From: an uncultured Acidobacteriota bacterium | GTDB taxonomy: Bacteria; Acidobacteriota; Vicinamibacteria; Fen-336 | Length of the DNA stretch: 64,000 nucleotides | Assembly: GCA_963720545.1 (NCBI GenBank) | Contig: OY970399.1 | Coordinates: 3,584,001-3,648,000 of the forward strand | Direction: 5' to 3' | Shown here: one piece after another, positions 1-8,117 of the stretch | Position numbering within the stretch: the stretch's first letter is position 1 | Layout of the letters: the number at the start of each line of letters is the position of its first letter | Notes under the pieces: model-generated | Told to the model about the DNA's origin: nothing | The model's input: the letters and a program-made list of their open reading frames with translations, nothing else | The model's database searches: none | Translations under genes and position numbers: made by a program

Positions 1-2
1 GC

Positions 3-131
3 GACACGCTGCGGCTCGCCGACGGCGGCGTTGACTATCGCACGCTGTTCCTCTGGCCGGCTGGCATCGCCATGGTCGCAGCGCTCGCGCTGTTCCTTTT
101 CTTCCGACCTGTTGCGCGCGAGTCGGTATAG
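3..131 (+). CDS. C-terminal fragment of a membrane transporter, probably MFS (nucleoside:H+ symporter-like); truncated by window start
   Basis: Frame 3 reads DTLRLADGGVDYRTLFLWPAGIAMVAALALFLFFRPVARESV*, resembling the last TM helix of NupG/XapB-type MFS proteins. Confidence 0.5.
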   Translation, partial: DTLRLADGGVDYRTLFLWPAGIAMVAALALFLFFRPVARESV

Positions 132-140
132 GCTCGGCCC

Positions 141-887
141 ATGCACACTTCACTCCTGGCGGTTTTCGCGTTGCTCGCTGCCGTTCCTTTGACGGCGCAG
201 ACCGGCGCCGACCTCGGCCCGGTTCACGATCGCTCGCGGCCGGTGCCGCGCATCGTCGACCCGGGCGGCGGCGGCAGGCCGCCCGCGGATGCCGTCGTGT
301 TGTTCGACGGCAAGGACCTGTCGAAGTGGCACGCGCAGAAGGGCGGCGGCCCTGCGCCGTGGAAGGTGGAGGGCGGTTACTTCGAGGTGGTGAAGGGTTC
401 GGGCTGGATCGAGACGGTCGATTCGTTCGGCGATTGCCAGCTGCACCTCGAGTGGGCAACGCCGTCGCCGGCGGTGGGCCAGGACCAGGACCGCGGCAAC
501 AGCGGCGTCTTCTTCGGCGGCGGGCGTTACGAGGTGCAGGTGCTCGACTCTTATAACAACGTTACCTACGCCGACGGCCAGGCGGGCGCGTTGTACGGGC
601 AGTACCCGCCGCTCGTGAATGCGACGCGGGCGCCGGGCGAGTGGCAGACGTACGACATCGTCTACCACGGGCCGCGCTTCGATGCGGGAGGCAAGGTGAC
701 GCGGCCGGCAACGCTCACGGTGTTCCTGAACGGCGTGCTGGTGCAGGACAACCAGGCGCTCACCGGACCGACGGCGCACAAGGCACGGCCCCCGTATGAG
801 GCGCACGCCGAGAAACTGCCGCTGTCGCTGCAGGACCACGACCACCCGGTGCGCTACCGCAACATCTGGTTGCGGCCACTGGGTTAA
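141..887 (+). CDS. DUF1080 (3-keto-disaccharide hydrolase-like) secreted protein
   Basis: Signal peptide; motifs LFDGKDLSKW, GNSGVF, YEVQVLDS, GEWQTYDI, LQDHDHPVRYRNIW. Confidence 0.9.
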   Translation: MHTSLLAVFALLAAVPLTAQTGADLGPVHDRSRPVPRIVDPGGGGRPPADAVVLFDGKDLSKWHAQKGGGPAPWKVEGGYFEVVKGSGWIETVDSFGDCQLHLEWATPSPAVGQDQDRGNSGVFFGGGRYEVQVLDSYNNVTYADGQAGALYGQYPPLVNATRAPGEWQTYDIVYHGPRFDAGGKVTRPATLTVFLNGVLVQDNQALTGPTAHKARPPYEAHAEKLPLSLQDHDHPVRYRNIWLRPLG

Positions 888-904
888 GCGCGCGGCACGC
901 CAGT

Positions 905-1028
905 CCGTTTTCCTGAGCAGCGTAGTCCTTTCTGATCGCTGCGAAGGATCTCCCGGTCTGCTGTTGGCTGCTGTTCTCCCGTTTCCCAGAGCAGCGTAGG
1001 CCGTTCCTGGTCGCTGCGAAGGGTCTTT
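905..1028. repeat. Two direct copies (~48-50 bp) of a REP-like hairpin repeat
   Basis: 905-952 CCGTTTTCCTGAGCAGCG..CGCTGCGAAGGATCTC and 979-1028 CCGTTTCCCAGAGCAGCG..CGCTGCGAAGGGTCTTT; each has a GCAGCG/CGCTGC stem. Confidence 0.8.
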
Positions 1029-1086
1029 CCGTTTCTTTCCCGCGTTCGGTCCCCCCCTGTCATTTCGCCCCTGCTATTAATTCGGA

Positions 1087-2643
1087 GTGACGACCGACCT
1101 TCTCGCAACGGCGCGTGCCCTTTCCGATTCCGAGCTCCTGGCTCGCGTCGGCTCGTGGGCAGGCCGCGAGCGCGAGGCCACTGCGGAAGTCGTTGCCCAC
1201 GTTGCCGAGCTTGAAGTCCGCAAGCTGCACCTGCGCGACGGTTACGGCTCGCTGTTCGTCTATTGCCGCGATGCTTTACGCCTGTCCGAGGCCGAGGCCT
1301 ACAACCGCATCGAGGCGGCGCGTGCCGCCCGCCGGTTTCCGGTCATCCTCGAGCTCATGCAAGACGGCGCCATCAACCTCACCACCGTCCGCCTCCTGGG
1401 CCGTCATCTCACCGATGAGAACCACCGCCAGGTGCTCGAGTCGGCGCGCGGCAAGAAGAAGGCCGAGATCGAGGAGATCATGGTGGCGCTCTGGCCGCGG
1501 CCCGACGTCCCCGACACCGTGCGCAAGCTGCCGCCGCCGCGTGGCTTTGGCGCTTATCTTGGAAGCGGCGCTGACGGAGTCGGCGGCGGGGCCGCTTCAC
1601 AAGCGCCGTGGTCGGTGCCAGGTGAGGACGCGCAGACAGTCGGTGCGCGCTCCTCGTCGTCCGGTCCTGGCACGGATCAAGACGGGCACGGGTCGCTGCC
1701 TGGTCAATGGGAGTTCATCCCGCCACGAGCTACAGGCCGGCTCGATGTGGCGTCAGGGGAAGTATCTGGGCGCGTCGGCGCCTTCGGAGTGGCGGGAGCA
1801 GGTACTGCGGGCGGAACTGCGGCCGCAAGTGCTGGCGGAAATGCCGGAAGTGCGGGTGGAAGTGCGGCCGGAACTGCGGGCGGCTCGGGAGAGGAAGGCA
1901 CGTGGGTTTGGCGAGGGAGTGGCGCTGCCCCAGCGGGCGGAGCCGGCACGGTGGGTGGGGCCAGCACAACGAGCGGAGCCGGCACAACGAGCGGAGCCGG
2001 CATAACGAGTAGCGGCCAGCCTCCGTACGGTTCGCCACCCGCGCCCGGTGTGATTCCGTTGTCGCCGGAACGGTTCAAGGTGCAGTTCACGATCGGAGTG
2101 CAGACCCTCGAGAAGATGCGCCTCGCCCAGGACATGCTGCGCCACGCCATTCCGTCCGGCGACCAGGCGGCCATCTTCGACCGCGCACTGACGGTGCTGT
2201 TGTCCGAGCTTGCGCGCAAGAAGTTCGCCGCCACCGAAAAACCCCGGCCGGCCACCGCGCCGGCAACGTCAGGCTCACGCCATGTGCCGGCCGAAGTCCG
2301 CCGCGCCGTGTGGCAGCGCGACCTGGGGCGGTGTGCCTTCACGTCGGCCGAAGGCCGCCGTTGCAGCGAACGCGCGTTCCTCGAGTTCCACCACGACGAG
2401 CCCTATGCCATCGGCGGTGAAGCCACGGTGGCGAACATCCAGCTGCGCTGCCGGCAGCACAACGGCTTCGAGTCGCAGCTCGTCTTCGGCGCCACGGCCG
2501 GCGGCGGCAACTCGTTCCGGAACGAGTCGCGTCCAGGTGCTTCAGGTGTACCCGCGAACGGTGCGCACGGCGTTGCCGCCAATCCAAGCCGTGGATCTCC
2601 GCCCGTTACCGGTGCAACTTCAAAGTCGAGGGCTGGCCCATAG
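1087..2643 (+). CDS. HNH endonuclease with DUF222-like N-terminal helical domain and low-complexity linker
   Basis: N-term LSDSELL..GYGSLFVYC..LSEAEAYNRIEAARAARRFP; C-term RDLGRCAF..C..LEFHH..P..GG..N.QLRCRQHN HNH/zinc motif; GTG start. Confidence 0.85.
   Translation: MTTDLLATARALSDSELLARVGSWAGREREATAEVVAHVAELEVRKLHLRDGYGSLFVYCRDALRLSEAEAYNRIEAARAARRFPVILELMQDGAINLTTVRLLGRHLTDENHRQVLESARGKKKAEIEEIMVALWPRPDVPDTVRKLPPPRGFGAYLGSGADGVGGGAASQAPWSVPGEDAQTVGARSSSSGPGTDQDGHGSLPGQWEFIPPRATGRLDVASGEVSGRVGAFGVAGAGTAGGTAAASAGGNAGSAGGSAAGTAGGSGEEGTWVWRGSGAAPAGGAGTVGGASTTSGAGTTSGAGITSSGQPPYGSPPAPGVIPLSPERFKVQFTIGVQTLEKMRLAQDMLRHAIPSGDQAAIFDRALTVLLSELARKKFAATEKPRPATAPATSGSRHVPAEVRRAVWQRDLGRCAFTSAEGRRCSERAFLEFHHDEPYAIGGEATVANIQLRCRQHNGFESQLVFGATAGGGNSFRNESRPGASGVPANGAHGVAANPSRGSPPVTGATSKSRAGP
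2510..2527. repeat. Perfect 18-bp palindrome inside the 3' part of the HNH gene
   Basis: ACTCGTTCC|GGAACGAGT. Confidence 0.9.
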
Positions 2644-2688
2644 CGGTTGTCGGGTTCGGTCAACGAAGTTTTGCGCCGAACGGGCGAG

Positions 2689-3090
2689 CGGGCCAGGCAG
2701 GCTGGCACATCGGGCGACCAGGGTGTGCTCAGGCCCTGCTGGCGGGAACGCATCTGCCTTCCCGCGACTTGCGTATGCCAGGCACGGGGGCTCGCCGCTA
2801 AGGCTGACGGATCATGCGGTAGGGATGGTTCCAGCCAGGCTGGCCAGAAGGGCCGGCGGGTTCGGGAGGCGGGTCGTCAGCGCGGGCGCGCTGGTCAGTA
2901 AGGCTGGTGCCATGGGCGACTCGGTTGTCCGCAGGTCAGGCTGGCAGGTAAGGCAGTGCGTTCGGCGCACAGGGGTTGTCGCCGCGGGCGAACTGACCAG
3001 AAAGGCCGGCGCAGTGGGCGATCAGGTTGTCCACTGCCAGGCCGAGCGACAGGGCTGGTTCGTTCGGGATGCCCGGTTCGGGACTGGTGT
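2689..3090. repeat. Degenerate non-coding tandem array, ~8 units of 49-52 bp
   Basis: Unit starts at 2689, 2739, 2791, 2840, 2891, 2941, 2993, 3042; approximate consensus CTGGYCAGWAAGGCYGG..GGGCGAY..GGTTGTC. Confidence 0.7.
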
Positions 3091-3102
3091 GTTCGCGAGA
3101 CT

Positions 3103-4248
3103 CTATTCCGGGATTTTTTCCCAGCGCCGGGTGCGGGCGGCTTTTTCCCAGGTGGCGAGGACGATCTGGTTACGGAGGCCATCCTCGAAGTCGGGCTTGG
3201 GGGAGCGGCCCTTGGCTATGCCTTCGAGGAGGTCGTAGATCGTGTGGGTGAAGGTGTGCTCGTAGCCGATGATGTGGCCGGGCGGCCACCACTTGCCGAC
3301 GAACGGGTGCACGGCTTCCGTGACCAGGATGGTGCGGAAGCCCTGGCTGCGCGCGGGGTCGGAGCGCAGGAACAGTTGCAGCTCGTTCATCCGCTCGAGG
3401 TCGAAGGCGATCGTGCCCTTGCTGCCGTTGATCTCGAAGCGGTTCCAGTTCCTGCGGCCGGCAGCCACCCGCGAGCCTTCGATCGTGCCCAGCGCGCCGT
3501 TGTCGAAGCGCACCAGGGCAGCGGCTGCGTCGTCCACGGTGACTCGTCCCTTGCGGCGCGGATTGTCGAGCAGCGGCCGCTTCTTGATGAAGGTCGCGAG
3601 GCTCGCGGCAATTTCCGTTATCTCGCCGACCAGGTAGCGGCCGAGGTCGAGCGAATGCGAGCCGATGTCGCCGAGCGCGCCCGAGCCCGCCTGCTTGCGG
3701 TCGAAGCGCCAGAGGAGCGGCAGCCTCGGGTCGATGATCCAGTCCTGCAGGTAGGTGCCGCGGTAGTGGTAGACCTCGCCGATCTCGCCCGACTCGAGGA
3801 TCTGCTTGGCCAGCATCACGGCCGGGATCCGCCGGTAGTTGTGGCAGACCATGTTGACGACGCCGGCCTTGTTCACGGCCGCCGTCATGGCCCGCGCCTG
3901 CGCCACGGTGTTGGCGAGCGGCTTCTCGCACAGCACGGCCTTGCCGGCGCGTGCCGCGGCGATCGCGATCTCGGCGTGGCTGTCGCCGGGGGTGGCGACG
4001 TCGACGAGGTCGATGTCCTCGCGGTGCACCACTTCGCGCCAATCGGTTGCGGCTTCCGCCCATCCCAGTTCACGCGCGGCTTCGGCGGTTGCCGCCTGGT
4101 CGCGTCCGCACAGCACCTGCATGCGCGGAGTGAGCCGCGGCGCCAGGAATGGCGCCACCTGCCGGTAGCCGTTGCTGTGCGCGCGGCCCATGAACTTGGT
4201 GCCGATGAGGGCGACACGCACCTCGCGGCCAGCGTCCCGGCGGGCCAT
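3103..4248 (-). CDS. Gfo/Idh/MocA family oxidoreductase
   Basis: GTKFMGRAH, VLCEKPLA, GALGDIGSHSLD, WWPPGHIIGYEH; start trimmed to ATG at 4248. Confidence 0.92.
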   Translation of the reverse strand: MARRDAGREVRVALIGTKFMGRAHSNGYRQVAPFLAPRLTPRMQVLCGRDQAATAEAARELGWAEAATDWREVVHREDIDLVDVATPGDSHAEIAIAAARAGKAVLCEKPLANTVAQARAMTAAVNKAGVVNMVCHNYRRIPAVMLAKQILESGEIGEVYHYRGTYLQDWIIDPRLPLLWRFDRKQAGSGALGDIGSHSLDLGRYLVGEITEIAASLATFIKKRPLLDNPRRKGRVTVDDAAAALVRFDNGALGTIEGSRVAAGRRNWNRFEINGSKGTIAFDLERMNELQLFLRSDPARSQGFRTILVTEAVHPFVGKWWPPGHIIGYEHTFTHTIYDLLEGIAKGRSPKPDFEDGLRNQIVLATWEKAARTRRWEKIPE

Positions 4249-4262
4249 GGCGTTTGCCTCGG

Positions 4263-4772
4263 TTACCTGGATCCGTCGTAGGCAGCCGGCACTGTAGCGC
4301 CGGGAGCCGACGTCTTGGCCTGGGTCTTCGGTGCGGGTGTTGCGGTCTTGGCGCCGGCCTTCGGCGCGGCCTTGGGAGCTGGCTTCAACGTCTTGTCGAA
4401 GGTGCGGACGTAGCGGGCCAGGGCGTCGATCTGCTGCGGCGTGAGGCGGTCCTTGAAGGGCAGCATCGCCTTGCCGGGGACGCCGTCGCTGATCACCTTG
4501 GTGAGCGCGGCGACCGTGGTGCCGTGCAGCCACTTGCCGTCCGCGAGGTTCATCTCGGGAATCGCCGCCTTGCCGTCCGACATGTGGCAGGCCTGGCATT
4601 GCGCCGCGTAGAGCTCCTTGGTCGCGGCGTCGGTGGCAGCCGCCGTGGCGACGGGAGAAGTTGCAAGCGCGGGTGTTGCGAGCGCCACCAGGGCGACGAG
4701 CGTGGATGCAAGCCGCCTTGACGATGACGAGACCAGCGACGCGGCAAAGGCATTGAAGGTATCTGGAGCCAT
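4263..4772 (-). CDS. Periplasmic c-type cytochrome
   Basis: Signal-like hydrophobic segment, CQACH heme motif, distal Met (AMLPF), Lys/Ala/Pro-rich tail. Confidence 0.85.
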   Translation of the reverse strand: MAPDTFNAFAASLVSSSSRRLASTLVALVALATPALATSPVATAAATDAATKELYAAQCQACHMSDGKAAIPEMNLADGKWLHGTTVAALTKVISDGVPGKAMLPFKDRLTPQQIDALARYVRTFDKTLKPAPKAAPKAGAKTATPAPKTQAKTSAPGATVPAAYDGSR

Positions 4773-4979
4773 GCCCCGAAGTATAAGGGGAGGCTTGCAG
4801 TGAAAAACGCTGAATACGGACGCGCCGGGCAACATCCTGGAGTTCGCGCCGGGAAACTTCTGGGGTATTGAACCGCGGGATACGGTTGAACAGGGAAATG
4901 GCTGGAAGGCAGTGGCCTGGACGGAACGGGGCTGGCCGGTGGCAGAGGGTCGGGACGCTACGGGTGCGGACGGAAACCT

Positions 4980-5263
4980 AACAGGAACGGAATAGTGCGC
5001 GGAACGGAACCAGCAAGGAACGGAACGGCGAGGAACGGAAACAGCCTTGAAACGGAAAACGGCCGGGATCGGAAACCGGCCAGGATCGGAAACCGGCCAG
5101 GATCGGAGAACGGCTGGGATCGGAGAACGGCTGGGATCGGAGAACGGCTAGGAACGGAAAACGGGGCCAGGAACGGAAAACGGAACGGAAAACGGGCAGC
5201 GGAAAGCGGCAACGGAAAAAGGCAACGGAAAAAACGGCAACGGAAAAACGGGCAACGGAAAAA
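4980..5263. repeat. Purine-rich AACGG-core satellite with nested 17-bp and 14-bp tandem units
   Basis: Six consecutive 17-mers CGGCYRGGAWCGGARAM at 5060-5161, then CGGCAACGGAAAAA-type units up to 5263. Confidence 0.85.
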
Positions 5264-5296
5264 CGGCGCCAGCGCTGGAAGCTGCGCTGGCGCCGT
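5259..5296 (-). terminator. Intrinsic terminator downstream of the TonB receptor
   Basis: 13-bp perfect stem ACGGCGCCAGCGC/GCGCTGGCGCCGT with 8-nt loop, followed by a T run on the minus strand. Confidence 0.75.
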
Positions 5297-5322
5297 GGCG
5301 GGCGCCGTGACGGTGGCGGGGT

Positions 5323-7953
5323 TTAGAAGGTCACCCGCGTGTTGAAGCCGAAGGTGCGGGGCTGGTTGATGAAGTACGACACGCGGGCGCGGGAGCCGCG
5401 CTCCTGGTCGAGGGAGAGCAGCGCGCGTTCGTCGGTGATGTTGTTGACGAACAAGGCCACGTCCCACATGCCGCGGCGTACGCCGAAGCGCACGTTGGCG
5501 ATGCTGTAGGCGGGCAGCTCGGGGTTGAAGGTGAAGGTCGGCTGGGTGAACGGGCCGCCGATGTTGTTCGGCGCGAAGGAATTCAGGTTGACCGTGCCAA
5601 AGGCCGGGTCCTGGTCGCCGATCTGCGTGAAGCGCGAGCCCTGGTGCTGGAAGGTCCCGGTCACGTAGGCCATCGCATTCTGCATGACCGGCCACTGGTA
5701 GGTGGCCGCGGCCGCCAGCTGGAACTTCGGCACCGCGGGCAGGCGGTTGCCGTCCTTGATGCCGGCGATGATGGTGGTGACGCCGGCCGGGTCGGTCGAG
5801 GTGAGCGTCGACTTCAGCACCGAGTCGAGGATGCTGGCCGAGACCGCGAAGTCGAAGTTGTTCGAAGGCGTCGCCGCGAACTCGATCTCGACGCCGGAGC
5901 TGCGCGACTTGGGCACGTTGAAGATGACGCGCGACGAGCACGAGCCGGCGGTGACGGTTGCCTGCAGGTCGTGGATGTCCATGTAGAAGAGCGAGGCGTT
6001 GAGCGTGCCCTTGCCCTGCAGCACGCGCGACTTCGCGCCGACTTCATAGTTCCACGCCTTCTCGTCCTTCCAGTTGTCCTGGCCGCCGAAGGTCGCGAGG
6101 TCGGCCGGGGTGCAAAGCGGCAGGTTCAGCGGGTCGTTGATGCCGCCGAGCCGGAAGCCCTTCGAAACCTGGGCGTTGAGGTTGACGCCCTCCTTCAGCT
6201 TGTAGTCGGCGATGAGGCGCGGCGCGAAGCCGCTGGCGTCGACCGAACCGGCGCTGCGCCCGGGGGCCGCGAAGATGCCGTCGAAGATCTGCACGCGATC
6301 CTCGTTGAAGTTGTAGTAGCGCAGGCCGCCGGTGAGGCTCAACTGCGGGGTGAGCGCGTAGGTCGCCTCGCCGAACACCGCCAGCTGGCTGTAGTCGTAG
6401 TCGAGGTCGGAGAAGAACAGGATGTCGCGGCCCGCGCCGAAGTTGCCGGCGGTGGGGATGCCGGTGATCGACTCGAACCCGGCGACCAGCAGGCTCTGGT
6501 TGTAATGGCGCTTCGACGAACCGTAGAAGCCTCCGGCCACCCAGCGCAGTTCGTCCTTGCCGCCGGTGAAGCGCACCTCCTGGGTCCACGCGGTCGCCTT
6601 GGTGGCGTCGTCGAGCGGCGAGCCGATGCTGTAGACGTTCTCGGGCAGGCCGATCGAGCCGCCGGTGATGCTGCCGGTCAGCGCCGTCGCGTCGCGCACC
6701 GCGAGGATGTCGCGGTTGGTGTACGACGTGATCGAGGTCATCTCGACGCTGCCGAAGCGGTACTTGAGGTTGACGTCGCCGAGGAAGAAGTCGTCGGTGA
6801 ACGGCTCCACCAGCTGGGTGAACTGTTCGCGCTCGCCGAGGCTGATGGCGGGCCGCGTGGTGGTGAAGGGGTTGGCGAGGATGTTGAAGGCGTCGGCGCG
6901 GTTCCAGCCATTGGTGTCCACGCGCTGGAAGATGAAGCGCGGCGTGATCGAGAAGTTGTCGTTCGGCGCGATCTTCACGGCGGCACGGAAGCCGGTGCGG
7001 TTGCCGGAGTTGACGTTCTCGTTCACCGTGTTGCCCGGCTGCACGGCGTCGATGAACCCCGGGGTGCGCGTGTAGTAGCCGACGATGCGCGCCGCCGCGA
7101 AGTCGCCGAGCGGGAAGTTGGCGCCGGCCTTGAGGTCGCCGCCGAGGCTGCCGCTGGTGGCGTTGCCGCCGAACTCGCCGAAGTACTTGGTGACGCCCAG
7201 TTCCGGTTGGTTGGTGATGTAGCGGACGGTGCCCGAGAGCGAGCCCGAGCCGAACAGCGTGCCCTGAGGGCCGCGCAGCACTTCGACACGGTTGACGTCG
7301 AACAGGTCGACGTCGGGCGTGAAGAGCGAAAGCGAGATCACGGAGTCGTCGAGGTACGAGCCGACCTGCTCCTTCACGCCCGGCTGGTCGCGGACGATCT
7401 GACCGGCCGAAACGCCGCGCATCGCAACGGTGCTCTGTCCCGGGCCGAGGTTCTGCACCGTGAAGCCAGCGACGTTCGCTGCCACCGCCTCGAGGCTGTC
7501 GATGCCGCGCGCGTGCATGACTTCCTCGGTGGGTGCTGCGACCGAAAAGGGCGTGTCCTGAACCGTGCCTTCACGCAGCATCGCGGTGACCGTGACTTCA
7601 TCCTCGGCGCGCGCCGCGAGCGAGAAGTCGGCGCTGGCCGTGCCGCCGGCGGCGACGGCGATGTCCTTGACCGACTGCCGGCCGAAGCCGCGCAGCGCGG
7701 CGCTCAGGGTGTAGGTGCCGGTGGGGACGTTGATCGTGTAGGTGCCGTCGGCAGCCGTGACCGCCGACTTGGTGGCGCCGCCGGCCTGGTTAGTGGCCGT
7801 CACGCTGACCCCGGGGACCGTGGCACCCGTGCTGTCGCGCACGGTGCCGGAAATGTGTCCGTCCTGAGACTGGGCATGGGCCGAAACGCCGAGGCCGCAC
7901 ACCACCAGCATCCATGCCACGACCATCGCCAACCTGCTGCGCCGAGAAACCAT
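5323..7953 (-). CDS. TonB-dependent receptor with N-terminal carboxypeptidase regulatory-like domain
   Basis: Signal peptide, ISGTVRDSTGA..PGVSVTA, plug motif RVEVLRGPQGTLFG, C-terminal PRTFG..RVTF; GAGGAG RBS before ATG 7953. Confidence 0.93.
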   Translation of the reverse strand: MVSRRSRLAMVVAWMLVVCGLGVSAHAQSQDGHISGTVRDSTGATVPGVSVTATNQAGGATKSAVTAADGTYTINVPTGTYTLSAALRGFGRQSVKDIAVAAGGTASADFSLAARAEDEVTVTAMLREGTVQDTPFSVAAPTEEVMHARGIDSLEAVAANVAGFTVQNLGPGQSTVAMRGVSAGQIVRDQPGVKEQVGSYLDDSVISLSLFTPDVDLFDVNRVEVLRGPQGTLFGSGSLSGTVRYITNQPELGVTKYFGEFGGNATSGSLGGDLKAGANFPLGDFAAARIVGYYTRTPGFIDAVQPGNTVNENVNSGNRTGFRAAVKIAPNDNFSITPRFIFQRVDTNGWNRADAFNILANPFTTTRPAISLGEREQFTQLVEPFTDDFFLGDVNLKYRFGSVEMTSITSYTNRDILAVRDATALTGSITGGSIGLPENVYSIGSPLDDATKATAWTQEVRFTGGKDELRWVAGGFYGSSKRHYNQSLLVAGFESITGIPTAGNFGAGRDILFFSDLDYDYSQLAVFGEATYALTPQLSLTGGLRYYNFNEDRVQIFDGIFAAPGRSAGSVDASGFAPRLIADYKLKEGVNLNAQVSKGFRLGGINDPLNLPLCTPADLATFGGQDNWKDEKAWNYEVGAKSRVLQGKGTLNASLFYMDIHDLQATVTAGSCSSRVIFNVPKSRSSGVEIEFAATPSNNFDFAVSASILDSVLKSTLTSTDPAGVTTIIAGIKDGNRLPAVPKFQLAAAATYQWPVMQNAMAYVTGTFQHQGSRFTQIGDQDPAFGTVNLNSFAPNNIGGPFTQPTFTFNPELPAYSIANVRFGVRRGMWDVALFVNNITDERALLSLDQERGSRARVSYFINQPRTFGFNTRVTF

Positions 7954-8088
7954 TTGAGTCTCCTCGTTCAATGTCGAAACCGCTCTGCGTCGTATACCGC
8001 GTGAGTACGAAACCGCCACCGTCTCAAGGAATCGCGTAGAAGATCGCGTTGTTCGAAATACGGCCCGAATAAAGCATTCGTGACCAGT

Positions 8089-8117
8089 TAGATACGGGGC
8101 TTGGCGCCCTTTGTCAA
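8089..8117 (-). promoter_or_regulatory. Possible sigma70 promoter of the TonB receptor
   Basis: TTGACA-N17-TATCTA on the minus strand (imperfect -10). Confidence 0.4.

Larger units (their letters stand above)
891..3097. mobile_element. Candidate HNH-nuclease selfish/mobile element bounded by imperfect inverted repeats
   Basis: Fills the whole gap between two convergent stops (887 and 3103); ends 891-906 and 3081-3097 are imperfectly complementary; carries HNH gene, palindrome and repeats. No TSD or transposase seen. Confidence 0.45.

Noticed and set aside
2689..3090. CRISPR array
   Set aside because: Units are too degenerate, with no identical repeat plus unique spacer pattern and no cas genes; kept only as an unexplained array
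2210..3238. 342-aa ORF spanning the HNH end and the array
   Set aside because: Overlaps two better-supported genes, has no motifs, and the array period is not a multiple of 3
4958..5941. ORFs crossing the AACGG satellite (4958-5941 minus, 4995-5345 plus)
   Set aside because: Open only because the repeat lacks stop codons; low-complexity translation and overlap with the TonB gene
5644..8004. Long antisense and alternate-frame ORFs (also 9150-11105, 15581-17437, 21863-24010, 54201-57014 and others)
   Set aside because: Shadow ORFs expected from high-GC codon bias opposite well-supported genes
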